NCBI RefSeq assembly: GCF_001194135.2
Contig: NC_068989.1
Coordinates: 48,360,349 to 48,424,348 of the forward strand
From: Octopus bimaculoides
Taxonomy: Eukaryota
DNA length: 64,000 nt
Direction of reading: 5' to 3'
The notes beneath the pieces are model-generated. The model had not been told where the DNA came from. It ran no database searches and was given only the letters and a program-made list of their open reading frames with translations. Position numbers and translations under genes: made by a program. Below, in pieces: positions 1-12,323 of this stretch (position 1 is its first letter; every line of letters begins with the position of its first letter).

Positions 1-289
1 CTTATGTTTATTGTCTGATCCCTATATACTGCATTAATATTCCTTGCACTTTCTGTTGCACTGTTGCCTTTATTGATTGCATAGAGCTGAATATGCTGAA
101 TATGCTCCTTTATCACTTCCATTGTAGCTTTGAAAAAAATTACTGTTAAAATCAAACTGCACTCTTCAAAACTTGCACTAAGAATAAGGGCAAAGTTAAA
201 ATTACTACCTGCTTTTATAGCAAGTTGATGCAGGTAGTTTATCCTGTTCCCCTCTGTCTTTTAGTTAATGCAATTGAAACAAATGCATT

Positions 290-3200
290 ATTTATGGGAT
301 GACCCAATATTTCAGGAAAGATTTCTCCTTTTCAAATAGAAATGTATTGTTACTAGCAAGTGTACTTCTATAGTTTTTCATTTTATACAATACTTTAAGT
401 GAATTTGGTTGATGGAAACTGTAGGAAGCTCATCACATATGCATGTGAATGAGTTTAAACGCACACATGCAAACGTGCTAGAATGTTGATATTCCACAGT
501 TTCATTTGTCACCACCAGAATGAAATGGTGTTGATGTTTATTGTTTACATTCCTTGTTGGTGTTATGACTGGTTACTCCACCCCTTTGAGTACCTGTTGA
601 ATAAAAAAAAAATCCCAGACTTGACTTTGATTCAGTCCCACTGTGCAGTAGCTTGGGCAAGTGTTTTCTGTTATAGATCCAGGCCAGTCAAAGCTTTGCA
701 AGTAGATTTTGTTGATAGAAACTGAAAGAAGCCCATTGTGTATATGTATATAATAATTTATATATATAAAATTAATAAGGTAAAAAATGGAGAGTTGAGG
801 ACGTATAGTTAATTTATTTGTATCATAGTTTGTTGTTAAGATTTAAATACAAATAAATTTTAAAAACACAATAGAAAACTCAATAATCTACGTATTCTGA
901 CCCCTTTGTAATGCGTAATCCAAAGCATTTGGGTTAAATCCCATGTTAAGAATTTGTTATCATTTTAAGCTGTATGGGGCAGAATCTCTTCAGAGTTTCT
1001 TGTTTTGATAAAATGGAGGTTACATATTTATTGAAGGGACTCAATTCAACAACTAAAGAAGTTTAAAATGTTATTTCCTATATATTGAGTGAATGTACTT
1101 GTTAAGGTTATCATTCAAGAAAAATTAAAGATAAAATAAAATAAACATATATTTAAAAAAATATATGAATAATATGAATAATAAAATAAAAATAATGCTA
1201 TATCTGTATGGGAAAATAATCATGTAATAAAATAAATAAATTAAAAATATACAATAAATAATAAGTAATGAATAATAAATAAACCGTTATAATTGTATAT
1301 TTTCCATTGGCTCGCTATTAGATACAAGTAAATATTCATGTATATGTGTTCGTCGAATCATATCTAATCAAATTTAATCGTTTATATATATGTTAGTATC
1401 TACTCAAATTTGAATAATCTAGCCGTTAATAGATGTATCAGTCAAGTTAATATATATACATAGACTTCTATACAAGCACTTGACAACTAGTGTTGGTTTG
1501 CTTACATCCCTGTAATACAGTAGTTTAGCAAAAGAGACTGATAAAATAAGTATCAGGCTTAAAAAAAAATAAGTATTGGGGTCAATTTCTTCTGCCCTTC
1601 TAGACTGTACCCCAGCATAGTTGTTTCCCATGGACAGAAACAAATAAAAGATAAGATACTTGAAAAACCGGTGAGAGTTCTGGACAGGAAGAGCATCTGG
1701 TCATAAAATCTTACCTTAAATAAGTCCTCATGGAAAAATGGACATTAAATAAAGGAATTAATCTCATACTTTTAATGATGTCAACATTTTTATTTAACAG
1801 CAAGATCATTATAAATCATAGCTTTTAATTGTGTGTGTTTTCTTCTTTTCCCTTCTTGCAGATGTCTGTAGATGAGAATTGTGTTCAAGTGCAATGGCGA
1901 ACAAATGGTAACAATGACTTGAAAAACTTAAGCAAATATTTTAATGCCATGAATATGACAGAGATGGCAAATTGTCTTGCAAAGAAACTCGAAAAGCATC
2001 AGCTGAAAGAAATTTGCTCTAGTTGCTAAGAAATGCAACTTTGTTCTCTTTTTTTCTAAAGGAAAATTAAAGACTAATAAACGGTAACTGTTAATATTAT
2101 TTGTTCAGTTTATATTTTCTTTCGTATTTTTCTGACAACAGTTATGAAATGTAGATTTTAGGTTAAAAATTCACAAGAAACAATGTTCTTGTTGTCTAGT
2201 TCTATATCAGCTCTAATCAATCTGACCTATGGAAAAGTCATTGTATCTTTTTAGAGACTTATATTATCTAATGTGTCCTTCCTTTTTTTCTTTTGAGACT
2301 GTATGGCTTGTTTTAAGAGGGATTTAACTGTTGTTTCTAGCTAGTCAAATACCTCCACACAGACTCTCTTGTTAGCTCAATTCATAGTGGTCATGGTACA
2401 TGTGTCTTGTACTGTAGTTTCAGGTTGAACAATAACTTTTGAGTGGAATTTGGTTGGGGAGAACTGTTGTTGCATGTTGAATATTCTGTCAAAGATGTAA
2501 ATATTTGTATGAAACCCAATGGACTGATGTTCTGCAAATGAAGTCCTTTGTGATATTTGACCTTTATGAATTTAAAGATACTCCCTTGTCACTCTTGTTA
2601 GGAATGTAATGAACCAGTGACTGACCTGATGGAAACCTGTATGTAATCAATACTATTATTCACATATTGCACTATAATATATGTAAATAGATGGATGCAA
2701 GCATGGCTTTGTAGTTAAGTTTTCAGGTCTATTCTACTGAGTAGCACTTTGGCCCCATATATTCTCCTATAGTACTGTGCCAAGCAATGTCTTGTCAAGT
2801 AATTTGGTGCATAGAAGTTCAGGAAGCTTGTTTGTGTAAATATTTGTATGTGTGTGAATTAATGTTTGTATTCCATGCTTCAGCAAATTAGTGGTGATAT
2901 AGACATTATGACTTGTGGCTCTGTGCTTTCAAAAACCTCTGAATCAGAGAATCTCTTACTATAAAAAAAAAAAAATGGTGGCAAGTGATGGCCATGATTG
3001 TTTTTTGTGTGTAAGTAGAATATCAAGTATACCAAAGATGGATGATATTTGCTTTCTAATAAACATGCAGATGTACAATAAAAATGAGTTTATATAATTA
3101 AATTTAATGGTTTCAAATTTTTGCACAGTGCCAACAGTTTTTGTGGGGAAGGGGGTTAGTTGATTACATCTACTCCAGTACTTGACTAGTACTTATTTTA

Positions 3201-4820
3201 CTGACCCTGAAAGGATGAAAGGCAAAGTTGACATTGGTGAAATTTGAACTTTAAACATGCCTATCAATATTTTGATAGGTTCTGCCATGATAATGGTTCT
3301 GCCAGCTTGTCACCTTTACAATTAAACTTAAAGCTTTGAAATGATTTTATGAAGCAATGTATTTTATCTAATAATAATTAAAAACCAAATATGAAATGAC
3401 ATTTAAATTTTTTTTACAAATCAATAACAAAAACGTCAATGATATTTTTTAAAAAAAGCTCTTTAATTTAATTGTTCAGTAATCACAGTTGTTGCTGCCA
3501 TATATATATTTCTTTTTCTCTAATTTCAAAATCTACTGTCTTAAGTCTTGTACCATATGTTCCAATAAAAAGAATTGGAGGAAATATATCCTAATTCACT
3601 ACAAAAAGTATTCCAAATAACTGGAGTCAACTTACATAACAGTACATTAGTGTGTGTGTGTTTTATAAGGCATAGTTTTTGGATATTTTCATATCAATTT
3701 TGCTAAACCAAATATCTCAGAGCTCAATTAAATTAACAGGAATACCTAAAAAAAATTCTAGCCATTTGCCTTAAATAATGTCTGTACTATACATATGTTA
3801 TCAGAAGGGGTTAATTTCAGTTCTTAAACTAATACTGCACAAAAGTCAATGAAAAAGTCTTTCAACACAATTCAAAAAGGTTTTCCTTTCTCATTTTTTT
3901 TTCTTCTTTACAATGAGGTGTCTATATTTTATTTTATTTTCTTCATATACAGAGAGCAAAGGCAGGAGATAAGGGCAGAAGAAAAAATACACAAGCAAGA
4001 ATCTGCAGATGGATGGATAAACATTTATATGTGTGTGTAATTATTGCATATTGCTTTATTTTTTAATTGTAGCTATTTATAGAATAAATATTAATTGAAG
4101 AACTCTATACCTTTTAAACAGACTACTGTATTTTCTTTTCTTCAAAAAGATTGTCAGTGACTTCAAAGTTTCAATATAGTTGCCTTTGTCAATCAACAGT
4201 AGCTAAGCTGAAACTGAGATGACTTGATTTTTTCCTGAGATTAAGATATAACAGCAGATGAAAGTTAATAAAGGAATTTCTCCTTCTTTTCTTCCTACCC
4301 AACTCTGGCAACATACATCTTCAATATGTAACAGTACAAAATCCCACACATACACACTTCTTTGTATAGAAGTGTGGGGACTTTTCTAGTAGTGATGAAG
4401 TGCCAGCTATTATCTTAATTCATGCACTGAATAAATTAAGATTATGCAGATTATAGACAAGAGTCATGTCATGTTTTAATACTTACAATTACACTAAACA
4501 GTGGATTGGTAAAATTGTTACAGTATCAGAAAAATGCTTTCTGCTTTTGTATCAGCTCTTTACCTTCTAAATTCAAATCTGCCTTTTGTCCCTCTGGGAT
4601 CAATAGAATTGGCTAACCCCATGCCTCAAAATTAATGGTTTTGTGCCTCAGCTGGAACCAATATTTATACATCACTGCTAAATGCACATTTCATATCACT
4701 TCTCTTATACATAACTGATTGTGTATGTTTAAACTTTGTACAGAGATGACTCAAAACTAAAGTAGGGGAGAGTTATCATCAGTTTCCTTTACTGGCATGG
4801 GTTTGATGGCTTGACGGAAA
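290..4820 (+). repeat. segmental duplicate (copy A 3' region) of about 24430-31140
   Basis: Colinear non-coding homology throughout, e.g. 2140-2640 vs 25550-26050 and 3330-4730 vs 29400-31080, interrupted by copy-specific insertions. Confidence 0.92.
1862..2029 (+). CDS. SSAT/diamine N-acetyltransferase-like gene, copy A, terminal exon
   Basis: Polypyrimidine tract + gcag acceptor; MSVDENCVQVQWRTNGNNDLKNLSKYFNAMNM...CSSC*; same length (168 nt) as the 25265-25432 paralog; resembles the SSAT C-terminus (C.R..W.V..WN......Y...GA..L). Upstream exons are presumably left of the window. Confidence 0.8.
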   Translation: MSVDENCVQVQWRTNGNNDLKNLSKYFNAMNMTEMANCLAKKLEKHQLKEICSSC

Positions 4821-5814
4821 CTACCATGCAAATGTCCTTAAAGATGGATCTGACCCTTTTTTCAGAATTTGCAGAAAATTCAGAGAAAATTGATCATGTT
4901 GTTTCTGGCTGCCCAGTCTTCACTGAAAAAGATTTAGGTGGTCTGTTTGTATCAGGGTTGTGGTGTCATCTAAATATGACTCTAGAAGGCTGTAATATCA
5001 TTTGACAGGAACATAGTGTAAAGAATACATAAAACAAGGCTGTAACTTTAAATGCCTTTAATGTCAGCCACACGTATATATACAAGCTGAATGATAAATG
5101 GAAATGGTTTGATGCGTAGAGGCCATGATCTATCTTCTCCTGTGCATTGCCTCCTGTCTGCTAGTTGCCGTGTGTCATGAGAGAGTCAACTAGATTATGT
5201 CTTCACGGTCCAACATCTAGATGCCAAAAGAGAAAGTCACAAGGCCTCGTATCAGAATCTCACAATCTAGTGCCAGTTTGTTTAAACCTGCAGTCAAGGG
5301 AGGTAACTGCGCCTACAAGGAATACCTCATAAGACATGACAGACTAGGGCAGTACATCCACTGGAATGCTTGTAAATACTACAAAATTAAATCCCATGAT
5401 AAGTGGTACAGGCACCAACCAGAGGATGTAGGAAATGGCGAGGGCATCACCATCTTTTGGAACTTCCCAATACAGACAGACAGAAAAATTGACTCCAATC
5501 AACCAGACATTGTGATCAAGGACTACAACAGAGGAACTTGTCTGTTAATAGATATATCTGTCCCACAAGATCAAAATATCTCAAGAAAAGAATACGAAAA
5601 ACTTTCTCACTAAAAAGATCTGCAAATAGAAATCACAAAAATGTGGAAGCTTAGTACTATGATAATACCAGTATTAATCGGTGCGTTGGGAATGATAAAG
5701 AAGGGAGCTGAGAAGTATATTAAGCAACTCCCTAGTAACTCCAATCTCCGTGAACTACAAAAGATAACCTTGATGGGTACAGCCCATATACTACGGAAAG
5801 CACTCTCCATCTAA
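4800..5814 (+). mobile_element. R4/Dong-clade non-LTR retrotransposon 3' fragment (zinc-knuckle remnant + REL endonuclease)
   Basis: EKIDHVVSGCP at about 4880; then RHDRLGQYIHW...PDIVIKD...LIDISVP...IPVLIGALG...LRKALSI* (5221-5814) with an in-frame stop at 5611-5613. Confidence 0.85.
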
Positions 5815-6178
5815 AACACAATAAATGTGGTGTTAATTTTAGAATACATAGCAAAACAAAAGTGCCCTTGCTACTTTTGGCCTCCAGACGATGCCTGGAC
5901 CTTTGCCAACACAATACCAATGTCCTCTCAACAATTAACTCGAGATGATTTTTAAAATGAGAATATCTGAAATAAAATCCTTCAGTGAATATCATGAGAC
6001 CTTTTGTTTTTCTCTTCTCTTAAATTCTGCTCTTCCTTTAGTAATCCTGTTGTTTTAGATCAATGTATAGAATTACGTATATATGTAAGTATACTGTAAA
6101 GTGTTAAAATGTATGTATAATCTCCTAATATAATAATGAGCATTGTCTTTTTATGTTTGTGTGTATGTGTGTGTGTGT

Positions 6179-6434
6179 ATATGCTCACACTTCAAATGCC
6201 GTTTATTGGCTTTTTCACTCCTTTTGTTATTCATCTCTCACCCTTTCCTTTCTCATTCACACGACACTCTCTTTACCATTTATCTCCTCTACCATCACCT
6301 CTCACTCCGGCTCTATTATATAAATGTGCACATATATATATATATGTGTCGTGTGAATGAGAAAGGAAAGGGTGAGAGATGAATAACAAAAGGAGTGAAA
6401 AAGCCAATAAACGACATTTGAAGTGTGAGCATAT
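6179..6434. repeat. fold-back: 89-bp inverted arms, 78-bp spacer
   Basis: 6179-6267 is the reverse complement of 6346-6434 with one mismatch. Confidence 0.9.
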
Positions 6435-6525
6435 GTGTATGTAAAAGAGAGGTATGNNNNNNNNNNATAAACGACATTTGAAGTGTGAGCATATGTGTAT
6501 GTAAAAGAGAGGTATGCTTGCATGC

Positions 6526-6571
<46 letters not shown>

Positions 6572-7407
6572 AATGGAATTGGGATGGTAATGTTCAATGC
6601 TGAAAATATGTGAGTATATATGTGTATGTGTGTACAAGAGAAACTTTACATGTACATATAAAGTTTAAAAAATCTGAAAAATAATCCAGAATCCTTGTCC
6701 AGTACTGGATTGATCCCAAAATCTAATGAGACTGTGCCAGTCATGAGGGCAAACATCCCTGAAAGTTTCATCCGAATCCATCCAGTGGTTCTTGAGATAT
6801 TTTCTCCACAGACAAACAAACAAACATGACTGAAAACAATACCTCTGCCTTAGCGAAGGTGGAGGTAATAAATGTCCTGATGCTGTGTCAAGCAGTGGCT
6901 CTCGTGGCTTCTGATCTTAACTGATTGGAAGTGCTATCATGTACATTGTTTTGTCTTGAGATAAAAGATGGGCTACAGCAAATATTCTGTTTAATACCAC
7001 AGATTTGCTTGTCAGTTGTTTGACCTTAACCAGTTGAGCATGTCCCTTAGTTGCTGATGATATGTGCGTATCTGAGGAGCATTATAGCCATGTATTGAAA
7101 GGAATTCTTTAAGGTTTGAATAATTCACCTCTGGAAACATGGGTGTTTTGTTTAACATCCTTAAACAACTCTTATTCAGGAACCTTTTGAGTGGGATGGG
7201 CTACTCAACCTGAAGAAAATTCTAACTGGGCCCCACCTGCAAGGTCATGTGCTGTTTATTTTGATATGAGATCACCATGTTGTGAGCATATGGCTGTGGT
7301 GCATGTTCCTGGTATACCCTTATCAGATGAGTAGTCATTATGGGTATACTGGGCTTTGTATATTTTACCCCAGTGTCACTTTGATGGCATGCTCTGCTCT
7401 CTCACTC

Positions 7408-7441
<34 letters not shown>

Positions 7442-7493
7442 TATACATACATACGCGCGCGCGCACGCACGCACACGCACGCGCGCGCGCGCG

Positions 7494-7545
<52 letters not shown>
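7408..7545. repeat. compound microsatellite (AAT)n + (CG/CA)n
   Basis: Direct inspection. Confidence 0.95.
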
Positions 7546-7548
<3 letters not shown>

Positions 7549-8035
7549 GATGCAGTGAAAAAAATGTCTAAATTATGAAAAAATGAAAATAACACTGACA
7601 CCTCATTTTAACAGATACATTTACCAAAATTACATTAAAATATCTTGAAATACTAAAGAGCAAATTTATTCAATAAAATCGCCATTGGCTTCAACCACGG
7701 CCTCCAGGCGACTTCGGAATTTCCTGCAACTCTTCTGGACAGTCTCCTTGTTTAAGTTGGTCAATGCTGCCATATTCCTTGCCTTCAGTTCATCTTTGGT
7801 GTTACATGATTCTTTTGTTAGTCTCTTACTTAACAGCACTCCAAACATAATAATCAAGGAGGATGCAGTCTGGGGAGTTAGGCAGCCAGATGTTAGGAGT
7901 GATTTGATTGTGGAAATTGTTTGACTACCATGACTGGGTTCTCCTGTTTGTGTGGCATGGTGCAGAGTCCTGTTGCCAGACATAGGGTCTTCCAGCAGCT
8001 GCCCTCTTGATCCAGGGCAGCACTACCTCCTCCAT
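7543..8035 (-). mobile_element. Tc1/mariner-superfamily transposase 3' fragment with terminal region
   Basis: Minus strand AGRPYVWQQDSAPCHT..TQSW*...WLPNSPDC..LDYYVW; contains stops. Confidence 0.88.
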
Positions 8036-8170
8036 AATATACTGTTATGAAAGGTTTTTATTGTGCATGGGAGGTGGGAGCATAATATAAAAAAAAGGTG
8101 GTTGGGAGACTTGATTGTTGAAAACAAAAGATAAAGAGATAGTTCATTGTCAATATAGTTTTATTCCAAC

Positions 8171-8239
8171 ATGGTGGCACCAACTGTCTCATGGCATACA
8201 ACAGCTGATGATTGTGAACACATTATTGGTTTATTCGAG
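8171..8239 (+). CDS. SSAT-like first exon, copy B (MVAPTVSWHTTADDCEHIIGLFE); no downstream exons of its own found
   Basis: ATG...GAG|GTATGT donor; paralogous to 15857-15922 with homologous flanks; resembles SAT1 [22 protein letters not shown]. Confidence 0.7.
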
Positions 8240-8513
8240 GTATGTGTTGAATATTTTATGTGAAATTTTATTTGTTAATTAATTGGTAATTTGGTGGAAT
8301 TCGGCTTTATGCATGGTATATAACATTTTTATTTTTTCGAATTTTCAAAAAATTTTGTGAATTTGTGTTCAACACATGTCATTTTGCATGCTTGAAGAAC
8401 TTTCAACATATATGTTCCAACCATGACAATACCATGCAGCATTTTTTTTTACTCTCTCTTATGAACAAATGAGCAATGCAAAATATATTGAGCAACATTG
8501 TTCAACATTTTAA

Positions 8514-8547
<34 letters not shown>

Positions 8548-8578
8548 NNNNNNNNNNATATGTATATTTTTATTAATA

Positions 8579-8617
<39 letters not shown>

Positions 8618-9355
8618 ATTCTGCTTAAAGCATCTCATATAACCTCTTAACTTTTTTATTTTTGGGAATTTTCAGAAAACTTTTCCAAATTTGTGTTTTA
8701 CACACAGAAATGCATATGATTATGCAAAAAATTTCTGAAAATTAAAAAAAGTTATGAGGGGATACTTAAACCACCCAGATATGTATTTACTTCTCTTTTC
8801 ACAGTCGAACTGAACTCAAAACCATGTGGTTTGGAAGCAAACTTCAAACCACACAGCCATGCCTCCACATATATATTTATACAAAAAGATGTAATGTATA
8901 CACACACTGAGACACTTCAACTGTCAGTCCTAGTTTCTTGTATTACATTGTATTTTACTCCACTTTGATGGTTGGTTGTCAGTTCTCTACAATTATTTGC
9001 AAAATGTGTCACAGACATAACTGTATAGTTATGTAGTTTGCATTGCAATGATGTGTTAGGTTTCTATCTTACTATCACTTTAGGAAGATGCCTCCTACTA
9101 TAACTGCAGACTAACTGAGCTTTTGGTTGTAACCCATGCCAGTATGGAAAGCGGATGTTAAATGATGATGATGTATGTAAATGCTCACATTCTGTGTGTC
9201 CCTTGCTTGATACTGTGCAAGCAAAAGGATGACACTTACATTTCTTGCAAACAATACTTCCGGTCATTTTGCTTTTGCAGCGACTCAAGGAATAAAAGAA
9301 TAATTGCTTATTAAAAAAACAGAGAGACAGAAAGGATATCTGGCAGTAAAATATT

Positions 9356-9568
9356 CTTTTCTACTCTAGGCACAAGGCCCGAAATTTTTGGGGAGAGGGC
9401 CAGTCGATTAGATTGACCCCAGTATGCAACTGGTACTTAATTTATTGACCCTGAAAGGATGAAAGGCAAACTCAACCTTGGCAGAATATGAACTCAGAAA
9501 GTAAAGACAGATGAAATACTGCTATGCATTTCACCTAGTGTGCTAACGTTTCTGCCAGTTCACCACCT
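9356..9568 (-). mobile_element. SINE family 1 with 17-bp TSD
   Basis: tctggcagtaaaatatt (9339-9355) / tctggccataaaatatt (9569-9585); empty site in the paralog at 16940-16956. Confidence 0.85.
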
Positions 9569-9689
9569 TCTGGCCATAAAATATTGCTGCAGTAACTCTC
9601 TGTCCAGCCCTTACCAGTAAGGAAAAGATAACATAAAACAAACAACCTAGAGAAAGTGTCATCTACTATAACCACGGGTTAACACTGAA

Positions 9690-11150
9690 ATGGGGGATCT
9701 GCTCCATTGAAATCAGGATGGATTCGGCTACCACTGACAAGAAGAGGGTGTGAACCAAAGGGGCTGCGGAAATGCTAGTGAAGCGCTGCCTAGGGATTCT
9801 AGGGGAGCTGATTGGCAAGTGCGACCTGAAGCTGAGTGTGGTCTTTGTGCCTTCAGAGAGAAACAAGGCAGATGCTCTAACCAGGGTAAAAAAGGCCTGG
9901 TTACGGAAGCCAGAAGAATCGAAGCAAGGGGTAGCCATGGTGTGTTAGTTAAGTGACTCCGAGCTAAGGAGACTGCATACCATGCATCATATAAGCATGG
10001 ATAGGTGCCTGTATCTCACCAGGAGGATTGACGCCAACATTACCAGATGGAGCATCCAGAAGGTGGTCAGTAACTGTGACAGGTGTCAATCCATCAACCC
10101 TGCTCCAGGTGTGCATGAGCAGGGAAACATTTTGGTAGAGCACAACTGGAGACAATTAGCAGATGGTTGATTGTGGGCTGGGCCACATGGCCATTTGGAG
10201 GGAATTGAGGACAGGCACTGCAGATGAGATGGCATGTATTCTAAATGAGGTATTCTTAGAGTGGGGCTCTATGGATAAATTGCTGATAGACAACAGTACA
10301 GCATTTTGTTTGGAAGCACTGAAGGAGATGCTTGACAGGTGGAAAGTGCACCGCTTTTTCAGAGCAGCATACAGTGGAAATGGTATTGTGAAGAGACATC
10401 ATCGAACAATCAAGGTCACAATCAAGGAAGTGGTGTTCTGGTACAACATATTGCCTTGATCAGGACAGGCCGAAGCGTTCGTGCCACATAGAGCGATATT
10501 CAAATATGAATGGTGGCATCTGAGTAAATCATCGAGATTCCCTGTGAAAGAGAGAGGGCCTGCTTTGGTGGAGATGAGAATTGAAGTCTGGATCTAGACA
10601 CCAAAGACACGCTGTACAACTCAGTGTAACAGAAGAATAGTGATGGCTGTCAATTTCAAAAACATCTCTGTGGATGGAATACTGTGTCATGTCTTGGCTG
10701 TTTGTAGGATTCTCGCTTCGTCGGATGATGATTGTGAAGAAGAGGAAGAGAACGAGGTTCCCAGTTTAAGAAGATCACAATATGTAAGGCGCCCACCTAG
10801 GTGGGTGGTAGATTTCGACATGGAGTGAAGTGAGGAGGTGATTTTTGAGATCAGGAGGGCATGTGGGGATGAGCCAGAAGAAGAAGACCATGACGTCAAT
10901 GGTCAAGGGACTGACCAGAAGAGGAAGTGTGAGAAAGGAAGTGCAGGAGAGGGGGACAGGAGAAGGTCATCCTCTTTTGGCCGGCCGAGGCATTGCAAAC
11001 AGACATGAAGGAATTCGCTCTTGGGTTGGAGATAGCAGCTGCTTATACTGGGTGACAGGGTAGGACAGGATCACCTGAGTGACTACTACTAGATGGGTGC
11101 AGACAAGAGAGGAAGGTAGGTGAACCTCTTTTCATTTCCCACGCACGACA
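9690..11150 (+). mobile_element. Gypsy-like LTR retrotransposon remnant: integrase, PPT and probable 3' LTR (10862-11150)
   Basis: HH..C..C zinc finger (SNCDRCQSINP), LLIDNSTAF, SGNGIVKRHHRTIK; purine tract aggagggca followed by TGTGG...GACA. Confidence 0.75.
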
Positions 11151-11419
11151 GCGTTATATGATTTAAGGATTATATGCGATTCCCTTACACACAATGTAAA
11201 CCTATCTGAACTATTACCATATGGGGGATCCCTCACAATTATGGACCATGTCAGGTTGTAAGGCAAGTTACAATCCCTAAGTTTATTTATATATGCTGTT
11301 AAGGTAGTGGAATTCTTATAATTAGGGTTTGAAAAGGAATTCAGATGGACCCTATATCGTCTTTTGCAGTCTATCATACTACCTATACATATATATCTTG
11401 TTTTGTCTATTGGGTACAC
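11151..11419 (-). mobile_element. Penelope-like element GIY-YIG endonuclease fragment
   Basis: YICIGSM..CKRRYRVHLNSF....KNSTTLTAYI.KL....YNLTWSI...PY. Confidence 0.82.
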
Positions 11420-12323
11420 TAACTATACATTTATACACAACATTGTATCAAAGACATAATCCAGCAAGTAGACAGGTTTTGGGGGCTCTACAGTTACAAA
11501 TTTTATTCAGTTGCGTCCTACTATTAATGTTCTTATTTATATTTCCAGCATTATTAATATCATCAGATTGGAGTATGGTACCTGGTTTTAAATTCATTAA
11601 AGTTTGATTATTATTATACATGTCACTTTTATCTCATATCTTAGTTGTATTAGGAATTTTTAGATGATTTAGGCAGTCTGCCATTTTGAAGATTGACGTT
11701 TTTATTCCTATATCTATCAACCTCTCATTCGTTTTCTGCCTCCTATATTTATCACGCATAACTTTTTACATGGAATCCTTATTTATATGTAATTTTATAT
11801 GTATTTTTATATGCTTTTATATTTCTCTTATATTTTTATGTATGTTTGGTTTTATTCTTTATATCTTTGGAGAATTTTTATGCCTGGACATGCATGCTTT
11901 ATATTGATGTATATAAATATATAAGATTCAATTACATTGATCGAATATCTTCATTTATGTTCATGTCTTCATTTATTTTCATTTACGTGTTCGGGAATTT
12001 GGTTGATTGCGTAGGATTTGTGTTTTCATTTTCCTCTACTTTGTATAAATACACACACACACACACACATATTCACATGCGCGCACACACGCGCACACAC
12101 GCGCACACGCACACACACACACATATGTAGGTCAAATACTATAATGTTACACTTGTCCTTCAGCTGATAGTGAAAATGACATTGCCACTTTGAATTACTT
12201 GAAATTCAACACTGCATTTCCTATCAACCTCACTATCAGAGAATGAAAAAACAAGCCCAAATCTTAAGCTGATCCCTTCTCACAATAATTGAACTTTTCT
12301 AGAATTTCCATATAGAAACAAAA

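Larger units (their letters stand above)
8045..9680 (+). repeat. duplicate of the exon-1/intron-1 region 15760-17040
   Basis: Shared blocks: gttatgaaagg, gacttgattg..aacaaaa, exon 1, tatgttcc.acc.tgac, tctggcagtaaaatatt..aaggaaaag.taacataaaac. Confidence 0.85.

Noticed and set aside
1862-2029. Initial impression of a death-domain C-terminus (W...G...L..L)
   Set aside because: The upstream exons of the paralog carry the SSAT YSTW signature, and the last exon aligns better to the SSAT C-terminus.
6406-6516. About 50-bp direct repeat across the 10-N gap
   Set aside because: Typical unmerged contig overlap; the (TA)n gap at 8548 is likewise an assembly effect.
11535-11575. Minus-strand CTGATGA...GAAA near the Penelope fragment
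   Set aside because: The intervening sequence does not form a convincing stem II, and no stem I/III pairing was found.
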